Part shown: positions 37,244 through 46,267 of the stretch, one piece after another | Layout of the letters: every line of letters begins with the position of its first letter | Position numbering within the stretch: the stretch's first letter is position 1 | Assembly: GCA_016876035.1 (NCBI GenBank) | Contig: VGOE01000001.1 | Span: 27,264-91,263 of the forward strand | Length of the DNA: 64,000 bases | Origin: Chloroflexota bacterium | GTDB taxonomy: Bacteria; Chloroflexota; Dehalococcoidia; UBA2247; RBG-13-53-26 | Direction of reading: 5' to 3' | Notes under the pieces: model-generated | Told to the model about the DNA's origin: nothing | Databases searched by the model: none | What the model saw: the letters and a program-made list of their open reading frames with translations, nothing else | Translations under genes and position numbers: made by a program

Positions 37244-39821
37244 GCTTCTCCACCTCCAGGGTGGCCTTGATGATGCCCTCTGAGGGAACGGGCAGCTTGC
37301 CCAGGAGCTTCATCAGCTCGTCCTTCGCCATAGCCCGAGGCATCCATAGCTTTACAGACAGCTCAACCTGGCTGACGCCTTTCTTGCCCTTGAAGTCCGC
37401 CAGCAATTCTTCTAACTTGCTCGCCTCTTCCATCGCCTTACCTCTGAGAGATATGGTGACAGAAGCAACTTTGTCACCCGAGGAGAGACGTCCCTCTAAC
37501 TCAGTGACCATCTTGAAGGGAGTAGTATGTTCCTGGCTAGCAAGGGGCACAGTCTCCCTTTCGGCGACCTTTTTGTCCTCTTTCACCGCCGTGCCGCCTT
37601 CGGGCGTCCGCTCATACTCTGTAGTTTCCCCAGGCACTACCTTCTCCGGCTCTTTCTCGGCGGTAATGGCCACCCCTCCGGGAACCGATGGCCCATACTG
37701 CGCCAGATAAAGCCGCATCTCGTCCAGGACTTCGTGGCACGGGTTGCTCTTATCATAGAGGCGCTTGTCCAACTCCAATATGATCTCACCGCTGACGCAG
37801 AGGCTGCGTACTCGGGAGGGCAAGGTTTCAGCATCCAGCAAAAGAGGCCTCCCCACTTGCTTCATGAACATACTTTTCAGCTCATCAAACCTTCTACCTT
37901 GCCCCTGGGCTTCGGCCAACTCCGTTATAATGGCATCGTCCACCACCTCGGTGCTAGCAGCGCTCCTGACCTTGTCGGCGATGTCTTCGGTGCTTAGCTC
38001 ACAGGCGACCGGGCGGAAATATACCTGGGCACCTTTGCCACTGGCCTTCATCCACTCTCCATAAGCCCGCTGCACCCGGTTTCGCAGTTCATCCTCTTGT
38101 TGCTGCTGGTATTCACTCAGGGCTTTCTTCTTGTCTGCCCCTACCTCTGTTTCCATAGCTTGGCAAACCAGGATGCGCTGGGCCCTAATTAGCAGCTCTT
38201 CGCTTTGAGCAAGATCGCCCCCGGTCTTGGGACGAACCAGGATAACCATATTTCGCCATTCTCTGCCATGAAAGATCTTGTCCCGGATGTCATCGCTCTC
38301 CACAAACTTGGTTGACACTAATATCCTAAGCTGGCGGGTATCAGGAATTTCGCTATCAAGTGGGTAGATACTGACGTCCATACCCTTGAGGAAGCTCTTA
38401 ATAACCTCAGCCAGCTTGCTCTGAGCAGCCTTGGAGTCTTCCGCAAGCTGTCTTTCAGCCCGGGCATTGATACTAATGGGGAGGTTTTCCTCGTCTCTAA
38501 ACACATAACGACCATTCAGCGGATGGACAAACCAAGCATTCAGAGCACCTTGCCTAAGCTTGGATAGCACAAGGTTTATCTGATTTATGTCCCTCTGCAG
38601 AGTAAGATTTCCCAGGACTATTTGCCCCTCATTTGCACCGGGCTGGCCCGCCACAAAGGAACGAAGAAGAATTGTGGACAGAATGCCCCTAGCCAGCTTT
38701 TCGTCTTTGGTCCGCTTGATGTCGCTGAGACACCGTTCCACCAGCACCGGCTCCAGCTTAAAGAGGTCATCCTGAACCTCTTCATTTTCTGGGTTTATGT
38801 CGGAGGAGAGTAACAGATCTCTCTCTGCAGCGCAGTCACGGAGGACACTAGAGAGGAGATAGAGGATGCCACGGGTATTCTGATAATTTCGGGAAGCACC
38901 AAAGCTCTGGAAAAGAACCTCCAAAAGCTCGGGGTGAAGGGGGTAGTATTTGAGCATTTGGGAACGATAAGCATCGATAGGCTCGACAACAGTTTCCAGG
39001 GAACCCTTGATGTCTGCATAGCGCTTCACATAGGCTTCCACCACTCTCTTGGCCTTGGCCTTGTCGATGCTTTGGAACAGCCTGAACCGAATGACCTCCG
39101 CCTTGTCCTCCGAAGCTCCCAGGTCTTGAATGAAGACCTGCTCCCTGCCCAGCCTTCCCAAGATTCCTTCACTCCTACCGTATAGCGAAATCAAGACAAT
39201 CAACTTGCAGTCGCTATCTGAGCTTACCTCTGAAAGGACCTGGAGGAAGTTGAGGTTGCGAGTTTTCCTTACAGGGTCGGCGATGGCCTCATACCAGGAT
39301 TCGAGCTCATCCATGATAATGACAACTGGTTCCTTGCCGATGGCTTCTTTGAACTGGGTGATGGTCGGATAGTCACGAATCTGGCCAAGCATGGAGGCCT
39401 TCCCTAGCCCCTTGAACACGGGCTCCCATAAGAACTCTGGATTCCCCTCTTCCCCCTCCATCAACTGCAACACAACTGGCATAGCCTGTGGTAATTGAAC
39501 TTTGATAGACCACCTGTCCTGCCAGGCTTTGGCCACATTAGGAGCCGCAAACAGGTGGTATAGCACAAGCAGACAGTGCGACTTGCCGGTGCCATAGCCA
39601 CCGGCAAAGATGAAAGTGCCATGAGCTCTTCTACCCGAGAGCCGCTCGGTTATTGCTTTTAGCGCCTGGGAGAGTGCATGGGAAGGGTAGGTTATGGAAA
39701 GGATGCGATCGGCTGAGGCTTCTGGCTTGGTTGGGATAGTCACATTATATAACCTTACTATCCCGAAGATGTCGCCTTTCTGGGCTTCATCAGAAAGTGA
39801 AACAACATCGTTGATTAACAT
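37230..39821 (-). CDS. Large P-loop ATPase of the BrxC/PglY-like family (DUF499-like).
   Basis: Walker A is FAGGYGTGKSHCLL. Walker B is VVIIMDELESW. It is the first gene of the operon, with about 480 nt of non-coding DNA upstream. The protein is 863 aa. Confidence 0.7.
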   Translation of the reverse strand: MLINDVVSLSDEAQKGDIFGIVRLYNVTIPTKPEASADRILSITYPSHALSQALKAITERLSGRRAHGTFIFAGGYGTGKSHCLLVLYHLFAAPNVAKAWQDRWSIKVQLPQAMPVVLQLMEGEEGNPEFLWEPVFKGLGKASMLGQIRDYPTITQFKEAIGKEPVVIIMDELESWYEAIADPVRKTRNLNFLQVLSEVSSDSDCKLIVLISLYGRSEGILGRLGREQVFIQDLGASEDKAEVIRFRLFQSIDKAKAKRVVEAYVKRYADIKGSLETVVEPIDAYRSQMLKYYPLHPELLEVLFQSFGASRNYQNTRGILYLLSSVLRDCAAERDLLLSSDINPENEEVQDDLFKLEPVLVERCLSDIKRTKDEKLARGILSTILLRSFVAGQPGANEGQIVLGNLTLQRDINQINLVLSKLRQGALNAWFVHPLNGRYVFRDEENLPISINARAERQLAEDSKAAQSKLAEVIKSFLKGMDVSIYPLDSEIPDTRQLRILVSTKFVESDDIRDKIFHGREWRNMVILVRPKTGGDLAQSEELLIRAQRILVCQAMETEVGADKKKALSEYQQQQEDELRNRVQRAYGEWMKASGKGAQVYFRPVACELSTEDIADKVRSAASTEVVDDAIITELAEAQGQGRRFDELKSMFMKQVGRPLLLDAETLPSRVRSLCVSGEIILELDKRLYDKSNPCHEVLDEMRLYLAQYGPSVPGGVAITAEKEPEKVVPGETTEYERTPEGGTAVKEDKKVAERETVPLASQEHTTPFKMVTELEGRLSSGDKVASVTISLRGKAMEEASKLEELLADFKGKKGVSQVELSVKLWMPRAMAKDELMKLLGKLPVPSEGIIKATLEVEKHESE

Positions 39822-40304
39822 GGTTACCCCTCCCAGAGTCGCTTTCTGTGAAGTATCAGCTGCACCTAAAGAATGATCAGCATCAGGATTTCAGTATACT
39901 CCATTTTGTAGACCTTGAGAAGACAACGAATTGTGAAGAATTTCTCAAAGGTCACAACTTTTCGTCAGCTTCTGGACTCGCCAAATCCCTGGCAGGGTCT
40001 ATCTAGCTCTATGGCGACTGACCAATCTATCGACTCCCAAAGCAACTAATCCCACCCCAAATCCCCTGGCCGGGCTATCTTGCAGCCATTCCTGCCCTGA
40101 TTATTTCCTCTGAAGTCTTGACGGGACAGACCAAATGAGGTACTTTTTGCTTACCTACCACTGGCGGATTTTAAGCCGTCCCGAGGTGGCCCATTTGGGT
40201 GACCGGTGACACCTTGACAAGTACTATTATGATGGTCTAACATTCTGGCGCAGCTTTGTCCGAAAACGTTGAGCGTTACATAGATTCATGAACTATGTTC
40301 TGGG

Positions 40305-40544
40305 TTGGAGGGAGAAAAGGCTATGACCCACATACCTATGCTTCTTAGCGAGCCTATTCCAAAAGTAAGGTGCCTCCAATGTGGTGAGGAATACGAGTAT
40401 GATCCTGTTGCAGGATGGGGTTGCCTCATACTGACAGATGAGAGGAATGCACCAACCGTCATTCTGGGAGTATGGTGCAGTAACAGCTGCCTTAACGAAT
40501 GGCTTAATAAGCCTCAAGCTAGGCGCTCACTGGTGTCTGAATAG
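40305..40544 (+). CDS. Small hypothetical Cys-rich protein (79 aa).
   Basis: CLQCGEEYEY...CSNSC is present. GGAG lies upstream of the ATG. Confidence 0.3.
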   Translation: MEGEKAMTHIPMLLSEPIPKVRCLQCGEEYEYDPVAGWGCLILTDERNAPTVILGVWCSNSCLNEWLNKPQARRSLVSE

Positions 40545-40986
40545 TGAGATTCTCCACGGGTCTTATCGCTACTGTCGGTTGGTCTTCGATCTGGCTAAAG
40601 ATGAACCATTCTGGGTAACTGCCGTAACATGAATATATTATTGCAGAGTCTCATTCTATCAGGGCAGCACCTATCTTTGTTAGATGATGTCTTCCGACAA
40701 CATTACCCACCATATGCTGAAATCACTAAGAAGCTTTTGAGCCTCCCTATCATGCATCCCGAAATGCTCGCGTCCGCAAATCCGCTGGCTGCGAAATCAG
40801 GTCAGACCTTTTCAACCATTATACCATCCCAATCTCGGCTTGGACGAAGGGTGACAGCCTTGGCCTAAGATTATAAACGTGGCTGCTCAATAAGGCCAAC
40901 CTCTGAGAATGGGCTGGCTCTTGGGGGCACACAACGTCAAGTTGTTGGGCCCAGCGTGTAATCAAGAGATGACAGGGATAACTAGC

Positions 40987-42132
40987 CTACCGCTCGTAGG
41001 AATAGCCCTTCACGTAGTTGTGGATGGTCGGTTTGCTCACGCCCATCATCTTGGCAATCTGCCCCATGGATAGCCCGCCATGGTGAAGCTCCCTTGCCTT
41101 CTGGATACGCTCCTCAAGGGTCATCCTCTTGGGCAGCTTCATTGCCGGAGGTTCTCCGCCGGCTGCAAAGGCATGGCTTAGTTTGGCGGTCCAGAATGTG
41201 GGCAAATCATTCTCCAGAAGCCCCATGAAGTCGGCATCTGGAGAGTAAACGTAGCTCCACCTTCTTCTTTCGCCCTTCACTGTGCCAAAGGCTTGTTTTG
41301 CCTGGGTCGCAATTCTAGCCAGTTCAGGCCTATCAAACTCTAGCTGAAGCATCCCCAAATCCTTGAATACCACCACGTTGGCAGAGCTAGCGATATTTCT
41401 ATCCACTTGGCGGGCTTCCTGGCTGACGAAGACAAGCGTCTGCTCCCTTTGGCGAGATAGATTTAGGATGCGGGACATCTCTCTGCTTCTAGCTGCTAGG
41501 CTCTCCCTGGAGTGATACCGCAGATAGGCTTCGTCCACAAGCACGATAGACTTCTGGGGGATGTCTTCGAAGCTTTCGGCAATGCCTATCCAGTCTGGGA
41601 GAAGCTTCTGGCCTTGCTTTGGAAGCCCAAGAACGTAAGGTGTCAGCACATATCTGCATAACTCCAACAGCCGATAGCCCAGGGCGGACTTACCACTGCC
41701 CCGCTTCCCTAAGATTAGCACCACGGAGGGGTGGGCGATAACCTCCCGCCATCTAGCATCGACCTCAATCTGGGCTTCAGTTCTAAGTGCTGGCGAAGTA
41801 ATGGTCTCGGTTTCCCCTGCTGGCTTGTTATCAATCTGTTTGAAGGCAAGTGACCAGGCTTCAAAAAGCCGGCGTTTACTTTCCTGCATCAATACCTCTT
41901 GGCACTGTCGCCATAGCTCTACCAGGAATGGCTCCAAGAAGGGTGAAGCAATGGCAAAAGTAATGCCTGCCTGGAGTCGCCTGCCTTGAGGGGCGACAGC
42001 GAGTCCCAATAGGCCCCACAGAGCAGCGGAGTAATAACCGTTGTCTGTCGGCTGATTACTGACCATTCCAATATGTCGCCGTCTCAAATGTGACATAATA
42101 GCCTCTGGGAGCCATTGTAAACGAAAAGTCAT
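40987..42132 (-). CDS. P-loop NTPase with a C-terminal helix-turn-helix. It may be a replication or partition-associated ATPase of the mobile element.
   Basis: Walker A is LILGKRGSGKSALG. Walker B is IVLVDEAYL. The C-terminal HTH is GLSMGQIAKMMGVSKPTIHNYV. Confidence 0.55.
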   Translation of the reverse strand: MTFRLQWLPEAIMSHLRRRHIGMVSNQPTDNGYYSAALWGLLGLAVAPQGRRLQAGITFAIASPFLEPFLVELWRQCQEVLMQESKRRLFEAWSLAFKQIDNKPAGETETITSPALRTEAQIEVDARWREVIAHPSVVLILGKRGSGKSALGYRLLELCRYVLTPYVLGLPKQGQKLLPDWIGIAESFEDIPQKSIVLVDEAYLRYHSRESLAARSREMSRILNLSRQREQTLVFVSQEARQVDRNIASSANVVVFKDLGMLQLEFDRPELARIATQAKQAFGTVKGERRRWSYVYSPDADFMGLLENDLPTFWTAKLSHAFAAGGEPPAMKLPKRMTLEERIQKARELHHGGLSMGQIAKMMGVSKPTIHNYVKGYSYER

Positions 42133-42359
42133 ATTCGTTCAATACCCTTCAACCAGCTTTGAAATTGAACGGCTGCCCGTTCAAAAGCGTCCAATTAAAC
42201 GGCTGGTCGAACACCTGATTCAACAGTCGCTTTGCTACCTTTGCAGTAGGAAATGGTATATCCTCCGCTTCATCATCTTCGGGCGGACAGAGACCATCGG
42301 TTGGAAACAGCCAGTCCAGCATTTCGCACTCCCAGCCTTCACCAGCTATCCTTTGTTTG

Positions 42360-43040
42360 CTACCACCCAAAGTCCACCCCTTGTTGTACCCGCAGAGATT
42401 CCTCAGCTTGCAGGGTCTTGAAATACCTTAGTGTCATCCTGGCTGTTGTGTGCCGGAGCTGGTCCTGGACAGCCTTCGGATTGCCAGTCACCCTCAGTCT
42501 TTCTATAGCCCCGCTATGCCTCAGGATATGCACGGCCCCCACATGGTCGGGCTTAGTGACTCCGGCTTTAGCCATGGCTGCGTCAACAATCTGAAAGGCC
42601 CTGGTTCGGGTTATGGGAAAGAACTGCTCTTCGATATTGAGGCCGTGGCGGTAGGCATAGGCTTGCAGTTGCGCTGCAAGGCTAGATGATATGGCTGCTA
42701 TCCCGGGTTTCTTACCCTTACCGAAGATCTCCAGGTGCCAGCCGGTAGGATCCTGCTTTATATCCCTCGGCCTGACCCTTAATGCCTCGCTGATCCGCAG
42801 ACAAGCGTCAAAGAGTGTCTGTACCAACAGCCTGTCACGATCCTGGTGTCTGCCAGAACTGCCGGCGGCCTCAGCTATGGCCGTCACCTCAGCCAACCCC
42901 AGGTGCGGTACATAACCACTCTCAGCCACCTGTGCCCTGACAATTGCTTGCCTCTGAGCACTTTTGTTTAGCCTTGGAAGCCTTGGGGTCACCGCCACCA
43001 GGTTTGTTGACGACTGTGGTCTATCGCCACTGGCTGTCAT
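42360..43040 (-). CDS. Small tyrosine recombinase of the phage-integrase family (resolvase or Xer-like).
   Basis: The C-terminal catalytic region reads HILRHSGAIERL...LRHTTARMTLRYF (HxxR...Y). The protein is 226 aa. Confidence 0.65.
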   Translation of the reverse strand: MTASGDRPQSSTNLVAVTPRLPRLNKSAQRQAIVRAQVAESGYVPHLGLAEVTAIAEAAGSSGRHQDRDRLLVQTLFDACLRISEALRVRPRDIKQDPTGWHLEIFGKGKKPGIAAISSSLAAQLQAYAYRHGLNIEEQFFPITRTRAFQIVDAAMAKAGVTKPDHVGAVHILRHSGAIERLRVTGNPKAVQDQLRHTTARMTLRYFKTLQAEESLRVQQGVDFGW

Positions 43041-43267
43041 TGCTTAACCTTCTTGTCCCTTTTGATAACGTCCCTCAGTCTGAGCCTATGGGTTTTCAGG
43101 ATGCTGTATATATATCCCCGGCTACACCCTAACTCTTGGGCCGCTACCGTTACGCTTCCACACTTTCTCAGCTTGTCAAGAATGTTTTTGACAGGCACGT
43201 CCAGCCGTTTCCGTCCTAGACCACTTACCACCACTGTTTTGCCACAATGGGGACATTGGACGTTCAT
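43037..43267 (-). CDS. Small DNA-binding protein with an N-terminal Zn ribbon and a C-terminal HTH.
   Basis: The Zn ribbon is CPHCGK. The HTH is GSVTVAAQELGCSRGYIYSIL. It overlaps the recombinase start by 4 nt. Confidence 0.5.
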   Translation of the reverse strand: MNVQCPHCGKTVVVSGLGRKRLDVPVKNILDKLRKCGSVTVAAQELGCSRGYIYSILKTHRLRLRDVIKRDKKVKQ

Positions 43268-43299
43268 TGGTCACCCCTCAAAACAGAATTTATTTTCGT

Positions 43300-43480
43300 T
43301 CTTTACTGACACTTCATGCTTACCTAGCTTCTATATATACACTGACACTACTCTTGACACTTCACTGACACTTCACTGACAGTTTACTGACAGTTTGAAC
43401 TGTCAGTGTTTGGACTGACAATTGTCGGGGTATTCTTTAGCTTCAGTTCGTGCCTAAGTGTCAGTATGTCAGTAGTGTCA
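43300..43480. repeat. Iteron-like cluster of at least 9 direct and inverted copies of an ACTGACA/TGTCAGT core. It is a putative origin or integrase/repressor binding array.
   Basis: CACTTCACTGACA occurs twice. GTTTACTGACA, GTTTGAACTGTCAG and GGACTGACAAT are present. Downstream copies include GTGTCAGTATGTCAGTAGTGTCA. The cluster lies between the DUF3987-like gene and the HTH gene. Confidence 0.6.
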
Positions 43481-43486
43481 TGCATT

Positions 43487-44722
43487 TTAGGTGGCCTGCA
43501 GCATCCTCTTCTTGCCCTCGTAGTGGTTTCTCAGTACCCCTAACCTGAGTAACGGCTCCACTGTTGTCTCCAGTTCTTTGGCGGCCAGATTCAGATTACG
43601 ATAGACATCGCGATACGGAACTAGACCCCCGGCACTCTTTACATATTCAACTATCCGCATCTCCTTCTGTTTGCTCTGCGACTGTCCGAAGTTGGCGAAT
43701 ACTTCAGTAACACCTGCTTCGAGGTACCCCCCTACCGCAATAGCCAGTTCTAGGTGATCTGCTGATATAACTTTTGACATGGCATCTGCGGCATAGAGTA
43801 GAGCTACCTTCCAGATGAAGTCCTGGACCCTGACAATGAGCGTAGGTATTAAGCCCGGCTGTTGGCAACGCCAGTAATACTGGCTGTAGTATCGCTCAAA
43901 GAGCGCCTCTGCCTCACTTGATATGGTTATCTCTCCATCAGGCACACCATCAGCCCATTGGCGGATCTCATTCAACCGTTCGACTACCTTTATGCGCTTC
44001 TCCGGGTCAACCTTTGGTGGATTGGGCATAGGGTCCTTTGGCAGCCCATAAAAGTAACACCAACGATTCGCAAAGCCGCCGTATATGTCCCGCTCGGTAA
44101 GTGCCTTTTGTAGCCAATCCTGTGTTGTACCAGCCGTGATAGACAGGAAAGGCTCTTTGGCTGGCTTGATGGGTTTTTGACGCACTTGTGCATTGAACAC
44201 GTCTGATGAATCATATAACTCGTTGAGGGCTGGAATAATGTTGGCCACTGACTCCTGTTTCGCTTTTGCCAACAAAGAATAGAACTCGCCAAGCTCTATG
44301 AGTCTAACCTTCCGCTCTCCGGCTAAATCGTCCAGCACCCCTTCGGAACTTCGAATGCCCCGAAGCACCTTGAATGGCGGACTTCCCTCATCTTCTGGGG
44401 ACAGGTGAAGCCTGTCTAATACGTCTCGGCCTCTTAACCATGTCGTATCTTTCCGAGTTATTCCACTTCTACCTACGAGACACGTATAGAAGTTTGGGTA
44501 AAGCTTACGTGCATGATAGACGAAAAGCCTTCGGCCTAGGGTACACCCAAAGACTTGAAGGAAAGTAGCATAGTGGAAAGCGTCCGCTGCTTCGGTAGTA
44601 TTCGCCACCATGTCTCGATAGTCTGCGAACAAGCCCCGCCATGAGATTTCTGGTAATTCTGGATTAGCGGTGATGGTGATTGGCCTTGAGATTGTCTTTT
44701 CCGTAATCGTAATCTCTGGCAT
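43487..44722 (-). CDS. Primase-associated replication protein, possibly a DUF3987-like helicase-loader domain.
   Basis: The 411 aa lie immediately downstream of the primase gene with a 2-nt gap. No Walker motif was seen, so the assignment is tentative. Confidence 0.4.
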   Translation of the reverse strand: MPEITITEKTISRPITITANPELPEISWRGLFADYRDMVANTTEAADAFHYATFLQVFGCTLGRRLFVYHARKLYPNFYTCLVGRSGITRKDTTWLRGRDVLDRLHLSPEDEGSPPFKVLRGIRSSEGVLDDLAGERKVRLIELGEFYSLLAKAKQESVANIIPALNELYDSSDVFNAQVRQKPIKPAKEPFLSITAGTTQDWLQKALTERDIYGGFANRWCYFYGLPKDPMPNPPKVDPEKRIKVVERLNEIRQWADGVPDGEITISSEAEALFERYYSQYYWRCQQPGLIPTLIVRVQDFIWKVALLYAADAMSKVISADHLELAIAVGGYLEAGVTEVFANFGQSQSKQKEMRIVEYVKSAGGLVPYRDVYRNLNLAAKELETTVEPLLRLGVLRNHYEGKKRMLQAT

Positions 44723-44724
44723 GG

Positions 44725-45672
44725 CTAGTCCCCCGTCAGCAGATCATCGAGTCCTTTGAACCTAGTATCCCAGTCCGCTTCAAAGGTGCGTAAACCGAAC
44801 CTAATGAGGAAAGCGGCCAGCGTGTCCAAGTGCAGACGTACGGTGGTGTTCCGGTTTTTATCTTCATCGAAGGCGATAACGATGCGTTTCGGCCTCAGTT
44901 GACGGACTATCGGTATCACGCCTCGCCAGTTCCCTACGCCTGGTACTGCCAATACCAGATGGCCCAACTTCAAAGCAGCGATGTCAGCTTTGAGTGGCCC
45001 TTCCGTAATCCACATTTCGCTATCATTGGAGACTAGCCCTGCCACATGAACCGGCGCTCCTGGCGAACACCCGGCGTTAAACCCTTTGCTTGATAGCCAC
45101 TTATATTTGCCGCCGCCTACCTCATCGCAACGTACTTGAAGCCCGACGATGCGCTTCTTTATATCTCGCACAGGTATCAGGATACCGACTGGCCCTGCCA
45201 ACTGACATTGTCCAGCTTCAAGGTAAAACCCGGGCACTCCTGCCAGTCTAACACTCCTAGTTTCAAGTCTTATGATCAACTTGCCTCGTCCGGTGGGCGG
45301 TAATGTTCTATAGCATAGGCTGTCAATCTGTGCGTCTGTTAAACCCCGGCGCTGCAAGCTAGCTCGGTGTATGGCTGATAGTTGTAACTCTTCTAGCAAA
45401 GCGTTATACGTCTTGTCTAACACGTCGGGCGCTGCTTTCGGTGTCTGTTTAGGGTCTGGTCTAAACGTAGGTAGTGGTGGCAATGGCATGGTTGCGTCCA
45501 GCTTGTGAAGCCAACCTGCGCCTTTGTTTCCGGCTGGCTTGTCGCTCTCAATCCTGGCACATATCGCGGCTTTTCCATCCCCGGATACGAGACACCAATC
45601 CGGCTTGCCGCAGACCGGACATGGGTTGTGCCGGTTAACCCTCACCCATTTTGAAACTATGGCGGCAGTCAT
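44725..45672 (-). CDS. DNA primase with an N-terminal zinc finger and a Toprim domain (P4-alpha or DnaG-like).
   Basis: The Zn finger is CPVCGKPDWC...AAIC. The Toprim acidic motifs are ITEGPLKADIAAL and RIVIAFDEDKN. Confidence 0.65.
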   Translation of the reverse strand: MTAAIVSKWVRVNRHNPCPVCGKPDWCLVSGDGKAAICARIESDKPAGNKGAGWLHKLDATMPLPPLPTFRPDPKQTPKAAPDVLDKTYNALLEELQLSAIHRASLQRRGLTDAQIDSLCYRTLPPTGRGKLIIRLETRSVRLAGVPGFYLEAGQCQLAGPVGILIPVRDIKKRIVGLQVRCDEVGGGKYKWLSSKGFNAGCSPGAPVHVAGLVSNDSEMWITEGPLKADIAALKLGHLVLAVPGVGNWRGVIPIVRQLRPKRIVIAFDEDKNRNTTVRLHLDTLAAFLIRFGLRTFEADWDTRFKGLDDLLTGD

Positions 45673-45920
45673 TAGCGGCCTACTTTTTCACTGCCCTGAT
45701 TAGCGCTATATCGCCTGAAGGTATCCTGTCTGTTGTGGTCTGGCACCAGGGTGGTCCGCCGCCGCTGACGGCACGGCTTGCAACGCTTTGGCTCAGATAA
45801 TGACTTGCTATGGAAATAGACTTGCTCTCCAGCCGTGAAAGTGAACTCCCGTCCACAATCACAGCAACGGAGAACCTTATCCCGGAAGTGAGGCTTTTTG
45901 CCGCCCGGCCTTTGCGTCAT
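45672..45920 (-). CDS. Small zinc-finger protein (82 aa).
   Basis: The motif is CCDCGREF...CKPCRQRR. Confidence 0.35.
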   Translation of the reverse strand: MTQRPGGKKPHFRDKVLRCCDCGREFTFTAGEQVYFHSKSLSEPKRCKPCRQRRRTTLVPDHNRQDTFRRYSANQGSEKVGR

Positions 45921-45951
45921 AATCCTTCCTTCCTTTCGAGTCGGCTGCTGC

Positions 45952-46155
45952 CTAATTGTTAGGCTTGCCAGCTTCAGCCAGCATTCGCTGAAGGGCGGCT
46001 TTAGGAATTACCAACCGCCGCTCCGATATTCGAATAACAGGTAGCTTCCCCTCCCGACACAAACTGTATGCAGTTGCCCTTGAAATCCCTAGAGCATCCG
46101 CCGCCTCGACTACCGTCATTGTCAGGCGTTCGCTCTCCTTCTTAGACATTCTCAC
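45952..46155 (-). CDS. xis: Excisionase/AlpA-family HTH DNA-binding protein.
   Basis: LTMTVVEAADALGISRATAYSLCREGKLPVIRISERRLVIPKAAL is a typical MerR-like excisionase HTH. Confidence 0.6.
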   Translation of the reverse strand: MRMSKKESERLTMTVVEAADALGISRATAYSLCREGKLPVIRISERRLVIPKAALQRMLAEAGKPNN

Positions 46156-46267
46156 AACCTCCTACTTGACAACTATCTCTAGTAGGAATTATAATTCTTA
46201 GTAACAGGACTGACAATGCCTAATGTAGGGACTAAGAGAAGCGACTGTTAGGAATAGAGGGATTAAG

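Noticed and set aside
43300-43480. Considered a CRISPR array because of repeated short motifs.
   Set aside because: The repeats are 7 to 13 nt, irregularly spaced, and occur in both orientations. There are no uniform spacers and no cas genes. They are iteron or operator-like.
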